This document shows, one piece after another, positions 1 to 10,568 of a stretch of DNA of 64,000 bases; within the stretch, counting starts at the first letter, position 1, and the number at the start of each line of letters is the position of its first letter. The notes below the pieces were generated by a model, which was not told the origin of the DNA, ran no database searches, and saw nothing but the letters and a program-made list of their open reading frames with translations. The stretch comes from Candidatus Poribacteria bacterium (GTDB lineage Bacteria > Poribacteria > WGA-4E > PCPOR2b), in NCBI GenBank assembly GCA_965218095.1, contig OZ244587.1, forward strand, positions 4,608,001 through 4,672,000. The letters run 5' to 3'. Made by a program: the position numbers and the translations under genes.

Positions 1-2
1 CC

Positions 3-353
3 CGTCTCGGTGAGGTATGGCTGTCAGGCGTCTATTTTACAGATCACTTCAATGGCTGGATTGTTGGGATTGACGGGCTTATTCTGTACACAGCCGATGG
101 CGGGAACACATGGAGGCGTCAAAAAAGTTACGCGGACAGTTTTCTGCGCAGGGTCTTTTTCCTCAATCCGAACGAGGGCTGGGTTGTCGGAGGCAAAGGC
201 ACAGTGCTTCACACAATCAATGGCGGAGAAAACTGGCGTCCGCAAAGGTGCGAGACTCGCTACAATCTGAATTCAATCTATATGACAAGCCCTGAAAATG
301 GCTGGATTGTCGGCGATCTCGGGATTATGTTGAAGTATGTCGTTGATGAGTAA
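3..353 (+). CDS. YCF48-like/BNR-repeat beta-propeller protein, 3' part only (runs off window start)
   Basis: My frame-3 translation (not in the ORF track): ...VYFTDHFNGWIVGIDGLILYTADGGNTW...VFFLNPNEGWVVGGKGTVLHTINGGENW...GWIVGDLGIMLKYVVDE*. It shows repeated GWxVG...TxDGGxxW units. Confidence 0.85.
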   Translation, partial: RLGEVWLSGVYFTDHFNGWIVGIDGLILYTADGGNTWRRQKSYADSFLRRVFFLNPNEGWVVGGKGTVLHTINGGENWRPQRCETRYNLNSIYMTSPENGWIVGDLGIMLKYVVDE

Positions 354-556
354 AAGCGCCGTATCGCCTCCCAAATTACGTGAAAAGGTAGGGTGAGGCG
401 TCGGGATTTGACGTTTTCGGCAATCTGTCAAATTTTCTGTCCCAGATCACTCAAAGAAAACTAGCACACCTTGAAGGGAATGGAAGAGAGGACAGGTTCC
501 CCTTCCATTCTTCCAGACGGATACCGATCCTACAAAACGACAAACCGGAATCCGTA

Positions 557-1339
557 CTAAACAACCGCTGACAATCCCCCATCAATATTGATCGCCGCCC
601 CCGTAATGTACGAAGCCCGATCCGAAACGAGAAAGGCAACGAGGTCGCCAACTTCGTTGGGTTCACCCAGGCGTCCAAGCGGGTGCTCACGACCACGCGC
701 CTCCCAATATTCCTCAAGCGTGTCGGGGGCCCCTTCCCTTTTCCACGCACGTTTTCCCTGTGCACTCTTGATTGAAGTCAAACAAACAGTATTGACGAGG
801 ATCTTGTCAGCGAGCAGTTCTTTGGAGAGGGCTTTTGTCATCGCGATTCCTGCCGCTCGACTGACAGAGGTCGGACAGGAGCCTGCGTCCGGCTGTTTGC
901 CGCCGGGGTGTGTAATATTAATGATGCGTCCCCCACCAGCGGCTCTGATGTGAGGGATAGCCAACCGCGCACACCGCACTGCACCCATCAACTTGAGATC
1001 GAGATCTTCGTACCACGCCTCATCAGTTACCTCTTCAAAATTCCCGCCCGCAGAACGTCCTGCGTTGTTGATCAGAATATCGATCCGTCCGAAATGCTCA
1101 ACGGTTTGGTTGATGAAGTTTTCGAGCGTTTCCGGCTTCGTCACATCAGCGGAGATGGCAAGGACGTCGCCCCTCGTCGCGTCACGAATTTCCTCTGCTG
1201 CCTGTTGCAAGACATCATCACGGCGAGCGCAAATGGCGACCTTCGCTCTTTCTTCTGAGAGCCGCAGGGCGATTCCTTTACCAATACCTTCACTGCCGCC
1301 CGTGATGACGGCAATCTTTCCTGCTAATTCGAGATTCAT
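557..1339 (-). CDS. Short-chain dehydrogenase/reductase (SDR) family oxidoreductase
   Basis: TGGSEGIG Rossmann motif, NNAG motif, C-terminal PLGRLGEP..ITGAAINIDGG; RBS-like GGAG upstream. Confidence 0.92.
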   Translation of the reverse strand: MNLELAGKIAVITGGSEGIGKGIALRLSEERAKVAICARRDDVLQQAAEEIRDATRGDVLAISADVTKPETLENFINQTVEHFGRIDILINNAGRSAGGNFEEVTDEAWYEDLDLKLMGAVRCARLAIPHIRAAGGGRIINITHPGGKQPDAGSCPTSVSRAAGIAMTKALSKELLADKILVNTVCLTSIKSAQGKRAWKREGAPDTLEEYWEARGREHPLGRLGEPNEVGDLVAFLVSDRASYITGAAINIDGGLSAVV

Positions 1340-1753
1340 GGCAATCTCCTGTGATTGAGTTTACTTAGTAGACGATTACAAAAGGTCTACTGAACCCAGT
1401 TGTCATCAATAGGGAAGCCCCCTGATTGCAAAAGCAAATGGGACAAGGGCTTTGGCGCGTTTTGGCTTAACAACGGTTAAAAGACTGGACGATCCGATAA
1501 GAAAGTGGGATTCTCCTTTTGTCAATTCAATTGGAAAAATCGAAAGGAGAATACCAATCAATGCGCCATATCATAACCTACCAGAAACCTTCAGTCAAGG
1601 GTTGTTTAGTTTGCTCAATGACGTCGAGGCACTGGGCATTGACCCCCAAGAACTCTTTGCCTATTGCTGCTTCCAATGGTTTGAGACAATTTTCAAACCA
1701 CCGAAACGGTTGCCCGGCAACGAAGCGTGGGAAAAATAAAATTGAATTCGGTC

Positions 1754-2782
1754 TTACGTACGATGGCGCCCGTTTCGATAGTGCAAACGGAGTAGGTCTA
1801 CACCGAAATCATCTTCGATATGTCGCCAAACGGTGTGAATATGGTTCGCGTTATTTTGCGTGTTGTCATATTCTACGAAGAAGAAGGGTCCGTGAAGGCG
1901 GTAGTAATGCGGCTGTCTACGATTTGCCGGTCCCGCCCAGGCGAAATGGATGTCATTTACACCGGCATCGCGCAGCTTCTGCTCCTCAATTTTGGCTAAC
2001 TCGTCGGGCAGTCGATCGATGTACGCCTCAATGAGCTTCGCCAAAACCTCACGTTGTCCAGTTGTCATTGACTCTGCTGCCAGTCCTTCAGCAGTACCAA
2101 ACTCGACTTTCGGCTCTGCCTGCGTGATGATGTCTCTGGGAGCGGTTGCATTGATAACCGTTTTCGCTTTCTGATCAGCATTCAGGCACCCTAGGAGTTG
2201 CCGCGCAAGGTCCTCCTCCGCCGATAAGATCCGCAGCCCTTTCTTGGGCCCATGCCGTACCTCTGCGGGGTTGGTGCCAAAGAAGAAGGGATTTGGAGTA
2301 ATCAACTTCCGATTCACAACAGTAAAATGGAGCGATACATGATGTCCCTCCGACCGCCAACTCCACGCTTTATGATTCGTCGGATCACCAAAGATGCTAA
2401 AAGCGTAAAACTCCGGATCGCGGGCAAGCCGGGCAGTCCCCTCCGACCGCTCCTGCTCACCGAGCGTGGTCTCCAGATCGATAATCGCTGTCGCCTTTTG
2501 ATAGCCTCTCTGACTTAATCCAGTGGCAAACAGGTTGAAAGCTGCACCCTGTTGCTTCTCATTCATCTCCTCGAGGAATACCCCTTTGCGCTCAAACATC
2601 TCCCGCGGGAAGTAGTGCCAACGCTGCCGTTCAGCGTCTTCAAACGGAAGTTCCGCCTTTCGCCGCAGATCGGGCGTCAAGGTTTCCAAAAAATTCACGC
2701 AAGCGACCGCCATCCGCTCGGCTGTCTCTGACGCGGGAATCACTGTAGATGCAGGTGAAATGTTATGCGTATGTTCTGTCAT
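1754..2782 (-). CDS. DUF3500-family protein
   Basis: Motifs WHYFP, W.W.EGHH.SL, YYRLHGP..VEYDN, NHIHTVWR..DFG.DLL..HY are typical of DUF3500. Confidence 0.85.
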   Translation of the reverse strand: MTEHTHNISPASTVIPASETAERMAVACVNFLETLTPDLRRKAELPFEDAERQRWHYFPREMFERKGVFLEEMNEKQQGAAFNLFATGLSQRGYQKATAIIDLETTLGEQERSEGTARLARDPEFYAFSIFGDPTNHKAWSWRSEGHHVSLHFTVVNRKLITPNPFFFGTNPAEVRHGPKKGLRILSAEEDLARQLLGCLNADQKAKTVINATAPRDIITQAEPKVEFGTAEGLAAESMTTGQREVLAKLIEAYIDRLPDELAKIEEQKLRDAGVNDIHFAWAGPANRRQPHYYRLHGPFFFVEYDNTQNNANHIHTVWRHIEDDFGVDLLRLHYRNGRHRT

Positions 2783-2797
2783 GTTGAAACCTCCCTG

Positions 2798-3925
2798 TTA
2801 GTGATGCGTGAAACGTGAAAACGGTACCAATTGTACCTTAATCGAATTTTTCGCCGCCTGAACCATCTCAAACCCTTTGATGTATTCTGCTAGTGGTAAT
2901 TGATGCGTGACGATGGGACTGACGTTGATTAGCCCGCGATGGATGTAGTCAATTGCCAGTGGATAAGCGTGCGGCCCGAGATGTGCGCCATGGATGTTGA
3001 GTTCCTTTGTGTCACCGATAATCGTCCAATCTACCGTGACCGGCTCACGCATCACGCTGAATTCGACGAAGGTGCCTGCCTTCCGTATCATCCGAAGCCC
3101 CTGCTCCACCGCGCTCGGATACCCCGTCGCTTCAATGTAGACATCGCAGCCGTAGCCTTCCGTCAGGTCGAGCACTTTCTGCACGGCATCTTCTTTGCCT
3201 AGATTGATTGCCAAATCTGCGCCGAGTTTCTTCGCAATCTCTAGGCGAGAGTCTACGAGGTCCACAGAAATCAGCAGACCGGGGTTTTTCAGCCGGGCCG
3301 CGCCGACCATCCCCAACCCAAGCGTCCCCGCCCCAGCAATCACGACGACGTCGCCAAACTCAATCTCTCCGCGTTGCACAGCGTGGATGGAACAAGACAA
3401 CGGCTCGATCATCGCCGCGCTTGCCGGCGGTATATCTTTTGGGACCTTGTAGATAAGCGAGCTCGCCGGAAACTTCATATACTCCGCCATCCCGCCATTC
3501 ACGACGTGCTGAAATCCGTAAATGTTGTGAACCTGACAGAGCCAGTATTTTCCGGTGTGACAGTAGCGGCAATTCCAACACGGGACAATCTGCTCGGAGA
3601 TTGCGGTGTCACCGAGTGCCAATTCATGCTTTTCGCCGGCCCTCTCACCTAGCTGGACGACTTCACCGATGAACTCATGACCGGCAATTACGGGGCCATC
3701 AACGTAAGGCTTACGGTGCTCATCTCCCCAGAAAAGCGGTGCCCCTGTGTAACACTTTATATCGCTGGCACACACGCCGCACGCCTGCAATTTAATCACG
3801 ACTTCGCCCGGCCCCGCTCGCGGTGTTTGCACCTCCTCCAGACGATAATCCCACGGCCCATGACACATAACGGCTTGCATCGTCTTGGGTGTTGACTCGG
3901 ATTGAGTAGGTGTCGACATCGGCAT
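2798..3925 (-). CDS. Zinc-dependent polyol dehydrogenase (MDR family, erythritol/L-threitol dehydrogenase-like)
   Basis: CGVCASD, GHEF.GEV, structural Zn site CWNCRYC..C, GAGTLG; the FWGD insert resembles EltD-type enzymes. Confidence 0.85.
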   Translation of the reverse strand: MPMSTPTQSESTPKTMQAVMCHGPWDYRLEEVQTPRAGPGEVVIKLQACGVCASDIKCYTGAPLFWGDEHRKPYVDGPVIAGHEFIGEVVQLGERAGEKHELALGDTAISEQIVPCWNCRYCHTGKYWLCQVHNIYGFQHVVNGGMAEYMKFPASSLIYKVPKDIPPASAAMIEPLSCSIHAVQRGEIEFGDVVVIAGAGTLGLGMVGAARLKNPGLLISVDLVDSRLEIAKKLGADLAINLGKEDAVQKVLDLTEGYGCDVYIEATGYPSAVEQGLRMIRKAGTFVEFSVMREPVTVDWTIIGDTKELNIHGAHLGPHAYPLAIDYIHRGLINVSPIVTHQLPLAEYIKGFEMVQAAKNSIKVQLVPFSRFTHH

Positions 3926-3999
3926 ATCCTCTTGAGGTATAGAGCTAGGTCTTTGTGAAGGTTCAAAACCTTCGCAAGGTTAGAAATTCTAACACCTTC

Positions 4000-4770
4000 T
4001 CACGCGACCTTGCGCAGGCGTCGTTTCACATACTGACGAGCAATCGACACATCAAAGTCAATCTCCGAACGGCTCGACATACCGAGATTGATAGCGTGCG
4101 CCGTTTCCAGTTCAAATCCCCAGCGGATCCAATCTTCAAAATCCGATTCCGGGATGTCCCCGGCGGCGATTACTTTCATGATGCTAATCCCTTTGCCGAG
4201 ATTGTAGGCACGCTGGAGGTATTCAAGATGACGATCGAAAGAACCACCCTCTAGCATTCTGCCCTCTTTGTTCGCCGTCGCCAGAATGATCTGAATCTCC
4301 GGATGATTAATCACAGCATCCATGACGGGGCCGGTGTAGACATGCGTTGAGCAACCGATGACGCGGACAATTCCTTCGCTTTTCGCATCCAGGAATGCGG
4401 ACAACGCCCCTTCCCGTGATTCCAAATCTTCAGGCGAGGAAACACCATGCAGCAAGAGCACATCGATGTAATCGGTTCCCATCTCTCGGAGGGAGCGTTC
4501 AATGCTCTTCCGCGTGCCGTCGTAATCTTTCGCGCCGGTTTTCGTCTGGATGACCACCTGACCACGGTCTATGCCCTTTAACGCCACGTCCAGGTGCGGC
4601 TGACTGCCATAGCTTTCAGCCGTATCCCAGAAGGTGATACCTTGATCTAACGCCTCGTAGAGCAGGTCGCCGCCTTCCGCGTAACTCGCACACACATTAT
4701 TGAGATGCCCTGCCCCAAGGCAGAGCCGTGAGATTTCGAGTCCGGTGTTTCCGTATTCAAGACGTTCCAT
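4000..4770 (-). CDS. Aldo/keto reductase
   Basis: GNTGLEISRLCLG, GITFWDTAESYG, SL..MGTDYIDVLLLH; start reassigned to ATG 4770 behind GGAGG. Confidence 0.88.
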   Translation of the reverse strand: MERLEYGNTGLEISRLCLGAGHLNNVCASYAEGGDLLYEALDQGITFWDTAESYGSQPHLDVALKGIDRGQVVIQTKTGAKDYDGTRKSIERSLREMGTDYIDVLLLHGVSSPEDLESREGALSAFLDAKSEGIVRVIGCSTHVYTGPVMDAVINHPEIQIILATANKEGRMLEGGSFDRHLEYLQRAYNLGKGISIMKVIAAGDIPESDFEDWIRWGFELETAHAINLGMSSRSEIDFDVSIARQYVKRRLRKVA

Positions 4771-4781
4771 TTTGCCCTCCT

Positions 4782-5207
4782 TCACTCTAAAAGCCCGTTT
4801 TCCTTGTACCATTCGGTGTTTGGATACAAAGCCATAACGGATTTATGTTTTAAGAATCCCAATTTTCTATAGAAGCCTTCTTGCCCAATCACGCAGGCGA
4901 GAAGAACCTTGTCAGCGTGTAACCTTTCGAGCATCGCGTTCATGATGCGTGTTCCTATCCCCTGGCGTTGAAACTCTGGTGAGACGACGATGTCGCAGAC
5001 AAAGGCGAAATATTCTCCATCAGACAATGCCCGTCCGGCGGCAACCAACTGTGTCCCGCGATATACAAAGCAGCAGACATTGCTCTTTTCGTAAGTACGC
5101 TGTAGCCGCTCCGGGTCGTATGTGCCTAATGGCGCCAGTTAGTACACTTCAGCCAATTCTGTCCAATTGACGGAATCGATTGAATACACAAGCGTAATGT
5201 CATCCAT
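4782..5207 (-). pseudogene. GNAT acetyltransferase interrupted by an in-frame TAA at codon 23
   Basis: Reads MDDITLVYSIDSVNWTELAEVY*LAPLG...DIVVSPEFQRQGIG...GFYRKLGF; stop at 5139-5141; GGAGG upstream of ATG 5207. Confidence 0.85.
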
Positions 5208-5256
5208 ATTGATTTCCTCCTCTGTCCCATTCGATCTGACAGATGGCATTTCACTA

Positions 5257-6084
5257 GGTTCTGTTGACATTTGAGTATAAGGTTGTGGCATAATAGAAGA
5301 ATGATGCCAATAACTTTACCCGATGACCCATGGAAAAAGATATACAGATTTCTTCTAAGTTGCCCCACCATCTATGTTGGCAACGAAGCGACAACGCGCC
5401 GCTTTGTCGAAGCGGTTCTGTGGGTGACTCGTAGCGGCGCTCAATGGCGGCTTCTGCCAGACACCTATGGCAAATGGAACACCCTCTACAAGCGGTTTGC
5501 TCGATGGTGCGACAAAGATGTTTTGACACAGATGCACCACCACTTCGCCTCTGCGAGTCGATTATTATTGACAGTACCATCTGCTGCGCTCACCCGTCTG
5601 CGGCGGGCGCCTTAAAAAGCTGGCGCCTTAAAAAAAAGGGTGGGACTGAAAGCCAAGCATTAGGTCGCTCTCAAGGTGGCTTCAGTACAAAAAATCGCAT
5701 CGCAGTTGACGGACTAGGCAATCCCCTAAGAATTCATCTGACCCCCGGTCAGAGACACGACATAGTTGAGGCGGAAGGGTTGATAATCGGATATAACAGT
5801 GAATATGTAATTGGAGACAAGAGATACGATTCGGACGCTTTTATCGCGGTTATCAAGGCGAATGGAGCGATTGCGGTGATACCGCCCAAAAGTCATCGTG
5901 TTGACCAAAGAACGTATGACAAACATTTATACAAAGAGAGACATCGGGTTGAATGTTTCATCAACAAGATAAAATGGTATCGTCGCATCTTCTCTCGGTT
6001 CGAGAAGTTAGCTGTCCGTTATTTTGGATTTCTCAGCTTTGTCTCCACTTCCTTATATGGCTCCGTTGAAATGTCAACAGAACC
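5257..6084 (+). mobile_element. IS5-family insertion sequence with a degenerate two-ORF transposase
   Basis: Terminal inverted repeats GGTTCTGTTGACATTT / AAATGTCAACAGAACC flanked by TA. OrfA has R.G.QWR.LP..YG.W.T.Y.RF.RW; OrfB has IIDST, GDK.YDS, YKERH.VECF.NK.K..RR...R.EK. There is an extra frameshift and a duplicated GGCGCCTTAAAAA at the slippery A run. Confidence 0.92.
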
Positions 6085-6134
6085 TAATGATTCTACTGAG
6101 AATTTCATCAGCCATTCTTTCTTTCCCTCGGCTG

Positions 6135-6860
6135 CTAACCATCATACCGCTGCCCATCTTTCGCAACCCAAAGCCGATCGGTAAACGGCTCATTATTCCT
6201 TGCGTTCTTGGCGTGAGCCGGTATATACTGGATAATATAGGCTTTGCGGATGCTATCCGTCAGATTCGGACCGCTCCGATGAAAGAGGAGGGATGAGAAG
6301 ACAGCCATGCTCCCCTTTTTCAGGGGCACTGCGATACCCGGATTATTGCCGAAGTAGCCGACCTGCCCGAGTTCCTTTCGCTCATGGGGTTGTGTGCCAA
6401 GTTTATGACTTTCAGGCAGCACCCAGATGCAGCCGTTTTCCAGCGTTGCATCACTGAGCGCCAGCCAACAGGTGTAATACTGTTCCGGGTCTAGTGGCGT
6501 GTACCCGTTGTCTTGATGCCACGGAAATTCTTGTGGGGTCTCAGGGTATTTGAAAACCGCCTGATTCCAGTAGAGACGCACATCAGGACCGATGAGTCCC
6601 GTCGTCAGTTGGACAAATGGATCCTGTTTGACGAAGGATTGAATCTTCTCGTTCTTTTCCGCAATGAAGGCGGTAAACACGATCTCGTCTGGGCGGCTAA
6701 TTCTCTTGTTGCCAGCCTCCTTGAGTTGTTGGTTTGCTTCGTTAACATACGTTTCAATCTCGGCGGTGAGGTTGTTGATCTCGGACCCGTCGAAGATATC
6801 TTCAAGGACGAAAAATCCCTTTTCGTCAAACCGTTTTTTCTGTGCTTCGCTAATCAGCAT
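6135..6860 (-). CDS. Phytanoyl-CoA dioxygenase (PhyH) family Fe(II)/2-oxoglutarate oxygenase
   Basis: PWHQD, W.AL.DAT.ENGC..V.P.SH and HRSGPN motifs. Confidence 0.9.
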   Translation of the reverse strand: MLISEAQKKRFDEKGFFVLEDIFDGSEINNLTAEIETYVNEANQQLKEAGNKRISRPDEIVFTAFIAEKNEKIQSFVKQDPFVQLTTGLIGPDVRLYWNQAVFKYPETPQEFPWHQDNGYTPLDPEQYYTCWLALSDATLENGCIWVLPESHKLGTQPHERKELGQVGYFGNNPGIAVPLKKGSMAVFSSLLFHRSGPNLTDSIRKAYIIQYIPAHAKNARNNEPFTDRLWVAKDGQRYDG

Positions 6861-7007
6861 ATTTTCCCTCTGTGAATGTAGAAACCAATTTCACGATAGT
6901 TTAGCATCACGAGAGGAAAGAATCAAGCGTAAAACGCGATGTGGGAAAGATTGCGTGACAGCGCTTTGTGGAACAATCGGAATGGCTATGCACTCCCTAT
7001 TCAGATA

Positions 7008-7754
7008 ATGATGCGAAATATCAAACTCACCATTGAATACGATGGCACAAACTATCACGGCTGGCAGATCCAGCCCAACGCGATAACGATTCAAGCAGCC
7101 ATCCAGGATGCGCTCACAAAGATTACCAAGACGCAGACGCAAATCATTGGGGCAGGGCGGACGGACAGGGGTGTACATGCCGCCGGTCAGGTTGCCAATT
7201 TCCATGCCCGTTCCCAGATGCCGCCAATCGCGTTTCAAAAGGCGCTCAACGCTACTCTGCCGCGAGACATCGCGATTATTGATGCAGAAGAAGCCTCTCC
7301 CGATTTTCACGCCCGTTTCAGCGCGACAAGTCGGACCTATCGGTACACGATTCTCAACCGTACATATCCTTCCGCATTCTTATGGAACAATGCCTATTTT
7401 CTGCCTCACCCAATAATCAACGTGCACCCGGTGGACGCCATCTGCCGGGCGTTAGTCGGCAAGGGGGATTTTTCCTCGTTCCAGCGTACAGGGAGCGATC
7501 GAATCAACCCGATCTGTGAAATTTACGAATCCCGCTGTTGGAGAGAAGGAGATCTGATCTACTTCGAGATTAAGGCGGATGCCTTTCTGCGGGGTATGGT
7601 TCGCGCGATTGTCGGCACCGTCTTGAAACTGCATGGCAGAAAGGATGGAGTCGATCGGTTGCACAGGATTCTTGATGCGCGGGATAGGTCTGCGGCGGGA
7701 CCTTCCGCGCCTGCGCACGGTTTGTCACTCCTATGCGTAAAATATAATATGTAA
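7008..7754 (+). CDS. truA: tRNA pseudouridine(38-40) synthase TruA
   Basis: IEYDGTNYHGWQ.Q, GAGRTD.GVHA.GQ, FHARFSA..R.Y.Y, FLRGMVR.IVG, APAHGL.L. Confidence 0.97.
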   Translation: MMRNIKLTIEYDGTNYHGWQIQPNAITIQAAIQDALTKITKTQTQIIGAGRTDRGVHAAGQVANFHARSQMPPIAFQKALNATLPRDIAIIDAEEASPDFHARFSATSRTYRYTILNRTYPSAFLWNNAYFLPHPIINVHPVDAICRALVGKGDFSSFQRTGSDRINPICEIYESRCWREGDLIYFEIKADAFLRGMVRAIVGTVLKLHGRKDGVDRLHRILDARDRSAAGPSAPAHGLSLLCVKYNM

Positions 7755-7837
7755 AACCAGCATAAAAATCGGTTGGCACATTCCTTGCTGCGACTCCATT
7801 GACTTTCAAATTGCCCAGACTCAGAAAGGAGCGCGAG

Positions 7838-8876
7838 ATGAATCGAATAAACATCTCAAGAGTTGCTTCGATCGTATTTAGAATGACGCTAGTTGCTCTG
7901 TATAAGTGGTGTAGTTCCCTTGACAAACTTTCAAGCGCAAGTGCACTCAAAGGTGCAGATTGCTTTTGTCTCCGAGCGAAATGGGAACCGTGAAATCTAT
8001 GTGATGGATGGACGTGGGAAGAATCTCCGCAACCTGACAAACCATCCTGCGACTCACGGCGATCCAGTGTGGTCTCCTGGTAGTCGAGAGATTGCCTTCA
8101 GGCGGGAAAGGGATGAACAGGATGGGCACCACGGGAAACCGGCTATCTAACCGGCTATCTATGTGATGCGCGCTGATGGGAAGAACGTCCGTAAATTGAC
8201 AAACGATCCCGCCGGTGCTGTCCACCCCGCCTGGTCCCCTGATGGCCGTTAGATTGCCTTCTCATCCTTTCGAGATGGGGATTCAGGACCCCAAATCTAT
8301 GTAATGAAAGCTGATGGCACAAACGTCCGCAGGCTCACAGACCATCCTGCATTGGATTACTTTCCCGTCTGGTCCCCTGATGGTGGCAGGATTGCCTTTC
8401 AATCGGATCGAGACTGGGGCATAAGGCTGGACGATGACATCTATGTGATGGATGCCAATGGCAAGAAAATCCAAAACTTGACAAAACACCTTGGACGCGA
8501 CCGACATCCCGCATGGTCGCCAAACGGTCGCCAGATTGCGTTTTCCTCCATACGAGTCGGAAATTTTGGCAACGGAAACTACGACATTTACGTCATGGAT
8601 GCCAATGGGAAAAACGTCCGCCGTATGACAGAAGATCGAAGCGATGATATTCTGCCAGCCTGGTCACCTAACGGCCAAAAGATCGCCTTTTCCTCAAGAC
8701 GGGAGGGGAATTTTGACATGTATGTGATGAATGCCGATGGAACAAACGTCCGCCAGCTCACAAACCACCCAGCAGATGACTGGGGACCAACCTTTGGTTT
8801 CACTGTTGCCCTCTCTGTTTCCTCTTCAGGCAAATGGGCAACGAGATGGGGGAGGCTGAAGCAGATCCGCAAATAA
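7838..8876 (+). pseudogene. TolB-like (PD40 repeat) beta-propeller exported protein with C-terminal WG-K motif; disrupted
   Basis: Repeated IYVM.ADG.N.R.LT..PA.D..P.WSPDG..IAF.S units. Lesions: a frameshift near 7900, a 12-bp duplication (8137-8160) creating TAA, and an in-frame TAG near 8250. Ends SVSSSGKWATRWGRLKQIRK. Confidence 0.88.
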
Positions 8877-9033
8877 ATTCGCACCAAATCGTCAGTAGCT
8901 GATGTGAAGAGTTTGCCCAATTCCGTGCAACAGCGGCGCTCTGAACGGTGAAGACGTCGCTTTTGAGGCTGGCACACACCTTGCAATTTCATGTCTCCGA
9001 TTTACACTCCATGCGTAAGGATGTAATTTTGTC

Positions 9034-9939
9034 ATGAAGTTGCCAACAGTTGCTATCGGCTCGCACCGGATAAGCCGATTAATCATCGGTGGAAACCCAT
9101 ATAGCGGCATTTCCCATCATTCCCCCGCGAAGTCGAAGGAGATGGAGGATTACTACACCGCAGATCGGATGATGGCAGACCTACGGGAAGCGGAACGGTG
9201 CGGAATTAACACTGTCTTGGCGCGGGCGGACCGGCATATCATGCGGGTTTTGAACGAGTATCGAAACGCTGGTGGTCGGATTCAGTGGATTGCGCAGACG
9301 GCAAAAGGGAGTGAGTATGCCGACCTGATGGAGCATATTCGACGAATCGCTCGCTACCAGCCGATTGCCATCTACCATCATGGTGGCACTACAGATCAAC
9401 TCTACGATGCTGGAAAACTAGGTGATACGTTGCACGATGCGTTGAAACTGATCCGAGAGCTCGGCTTTGCTTCTGGTTTGGGGACGCATGACCCATCCAT
9501 TCTAAAAGAGTGCGACGATGAAGGCTACGACGTCGATTTCTACGTCTGTGCGCTTTACAATCACACCCGCCATCGTGAGATGTACCTCCACACAGATCGA
9601 GATACAGCGATTGCAGCAATTCAAACTGTAAATCTTCCGGTGATTGCGATTAAAGTCCTCGCCGCCGGGCGAAGTCAGCCGCTACCGGCGTTTCGATTTG
9701 CGCTCGAAGGTATCAAGCCAATTGACGCAATCGCGGTCGGGATGTATACAAATCGTCAGCCAGATCAGGTCTGCGACAACGTAACGGCGGTTGCTCATCT
9801 AATCCAAGAACAGAAAAAAAGGAGAGTCCATGAAACGCATTTTAGAACCCGAAGTGATGGACACCCGCGAGGAAGCGGAAGCATACAACGCAATGGATCA
9901 CACCGAAGTCAACACGGCATTTGTGGAGCGCGTGGTTGA
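9034..9939 (+). CDS. Hypothetical protein of aldo/keto-reductase-like TIM-barrel type
   Basis: ISRLIIGGNP N-terminus, IAIKVLAAGR and AVGM near the C-terminus. The last ~36 aa overlap the next gene, suggesting a lost stop codon near 9810. Confidence 0.65.
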   Translation: MKLPTVAIGSHRISRLIIGGNPYSGISHHSPAKSKEMEDYYTADRMMADLREAERCGINTVLARADRHIMRVLNEYRNAGGRIQWIAQTAKGSEYADLMEHIRRIARYQPIAIYHHGGTTDQLYDAGKLGDTLHDALKLIRELGFASGLGTHDPSILKECDDEGYDVDFYVCALYNHTRHREMYLHTDRDTAIAAIQTVNLPVIAIKVLAAGRSQPLPAFRFALEGIKPIDAIAVGMYTNRQPDQVCDNVTAVAHLIQEQKKRRVHETHFRTRSDGHPRGSGSIQRNGSHRSQHGICGARG

Positions 9940-10489
9940 ACTCGGTGCGAGCGAAGGGCATTTTCTAGACATCGGGACAGGGCCCGCCCAAATTGCCATC
10001 TTTTTAGCCCAGCGCTGCCCAAAGATCCGGATTACGGCTATCGATCTCTCAGTAAACATGCTCAAACTTGGCGGGAAGCATGTCGCTGAAGCTGGATTGG
10101 CGGATCGGATCTCATTGGAACATGTCGATGCGAAAGACCTGTCCTATTCCGATCAATCCTTTGACGGCGTGATTTCCAACAGCATTATCCACCACCTGCG
10201 AGACCCGATTCCTGCCTTCCGCGGAATAAGCCACGTCATTTGTCCCGGTGGTCTAATCCTCATCCGCGATCTGATGCGTCCCGAAACTCCCGACGCCGCC
10301 CTGGCACTTGTTGATTGTTACGCAGCAAACGACACGCCCTACCAAAAGAAGCTGTTCTACGATTCCTTCCTTGCCTCTCTCACCCTCCCTGAAATCGAAG
10401 CCATGCTTGCCCAGGTAGACCTACCCGGCACCGTTGTCGTTCAGAGTTCAGATCGGCATTGGTCTATCGAGCGCCCTGCAAATGATTAG
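9830..10489 (+). CDS. Class I SAM-dependent methyltransferase
   Basis: FLDIGTGPA motif I, AIDLS, FD.VISNSIIHH, PGG.ILIRDL; AGGAG RBS. Confidence 0.92.
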   Translation: MKRILEPEVMDTREEAEAYNAMDHTEVNTAFVERVVELGASEGHFLDIGTGPAQIAIFLAQRCPKIRITAIDLSVNMLKLGGKHVAEAGLADRISLEHVDAKDLSYSDQSFDGVISNSIIHHLRDPIPAFRGISHVICPGGLILIRDLMRPETPDAALALVDCYAANDTPYQKKLFYDSFLASLTLPEIEAMLAQVDLPGTVVVQSSDRHWSIERPAND

Positions 10490-10568
10490 GTCATATTTGA
10501 AGTTTTTTTCACTTCCAATTTTTTCCTTTGTGTGATAAAATAAATGAAAACGTGTAACAGGAGCAGCA

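Noticed and set aside
1452-1739. 95-aa ORF in the SDR-DUF3500 intergenic region
   Set aside because: TTG start, no recognisable motif and opposite orientation to its neighbours; cannot be supported as a gene.
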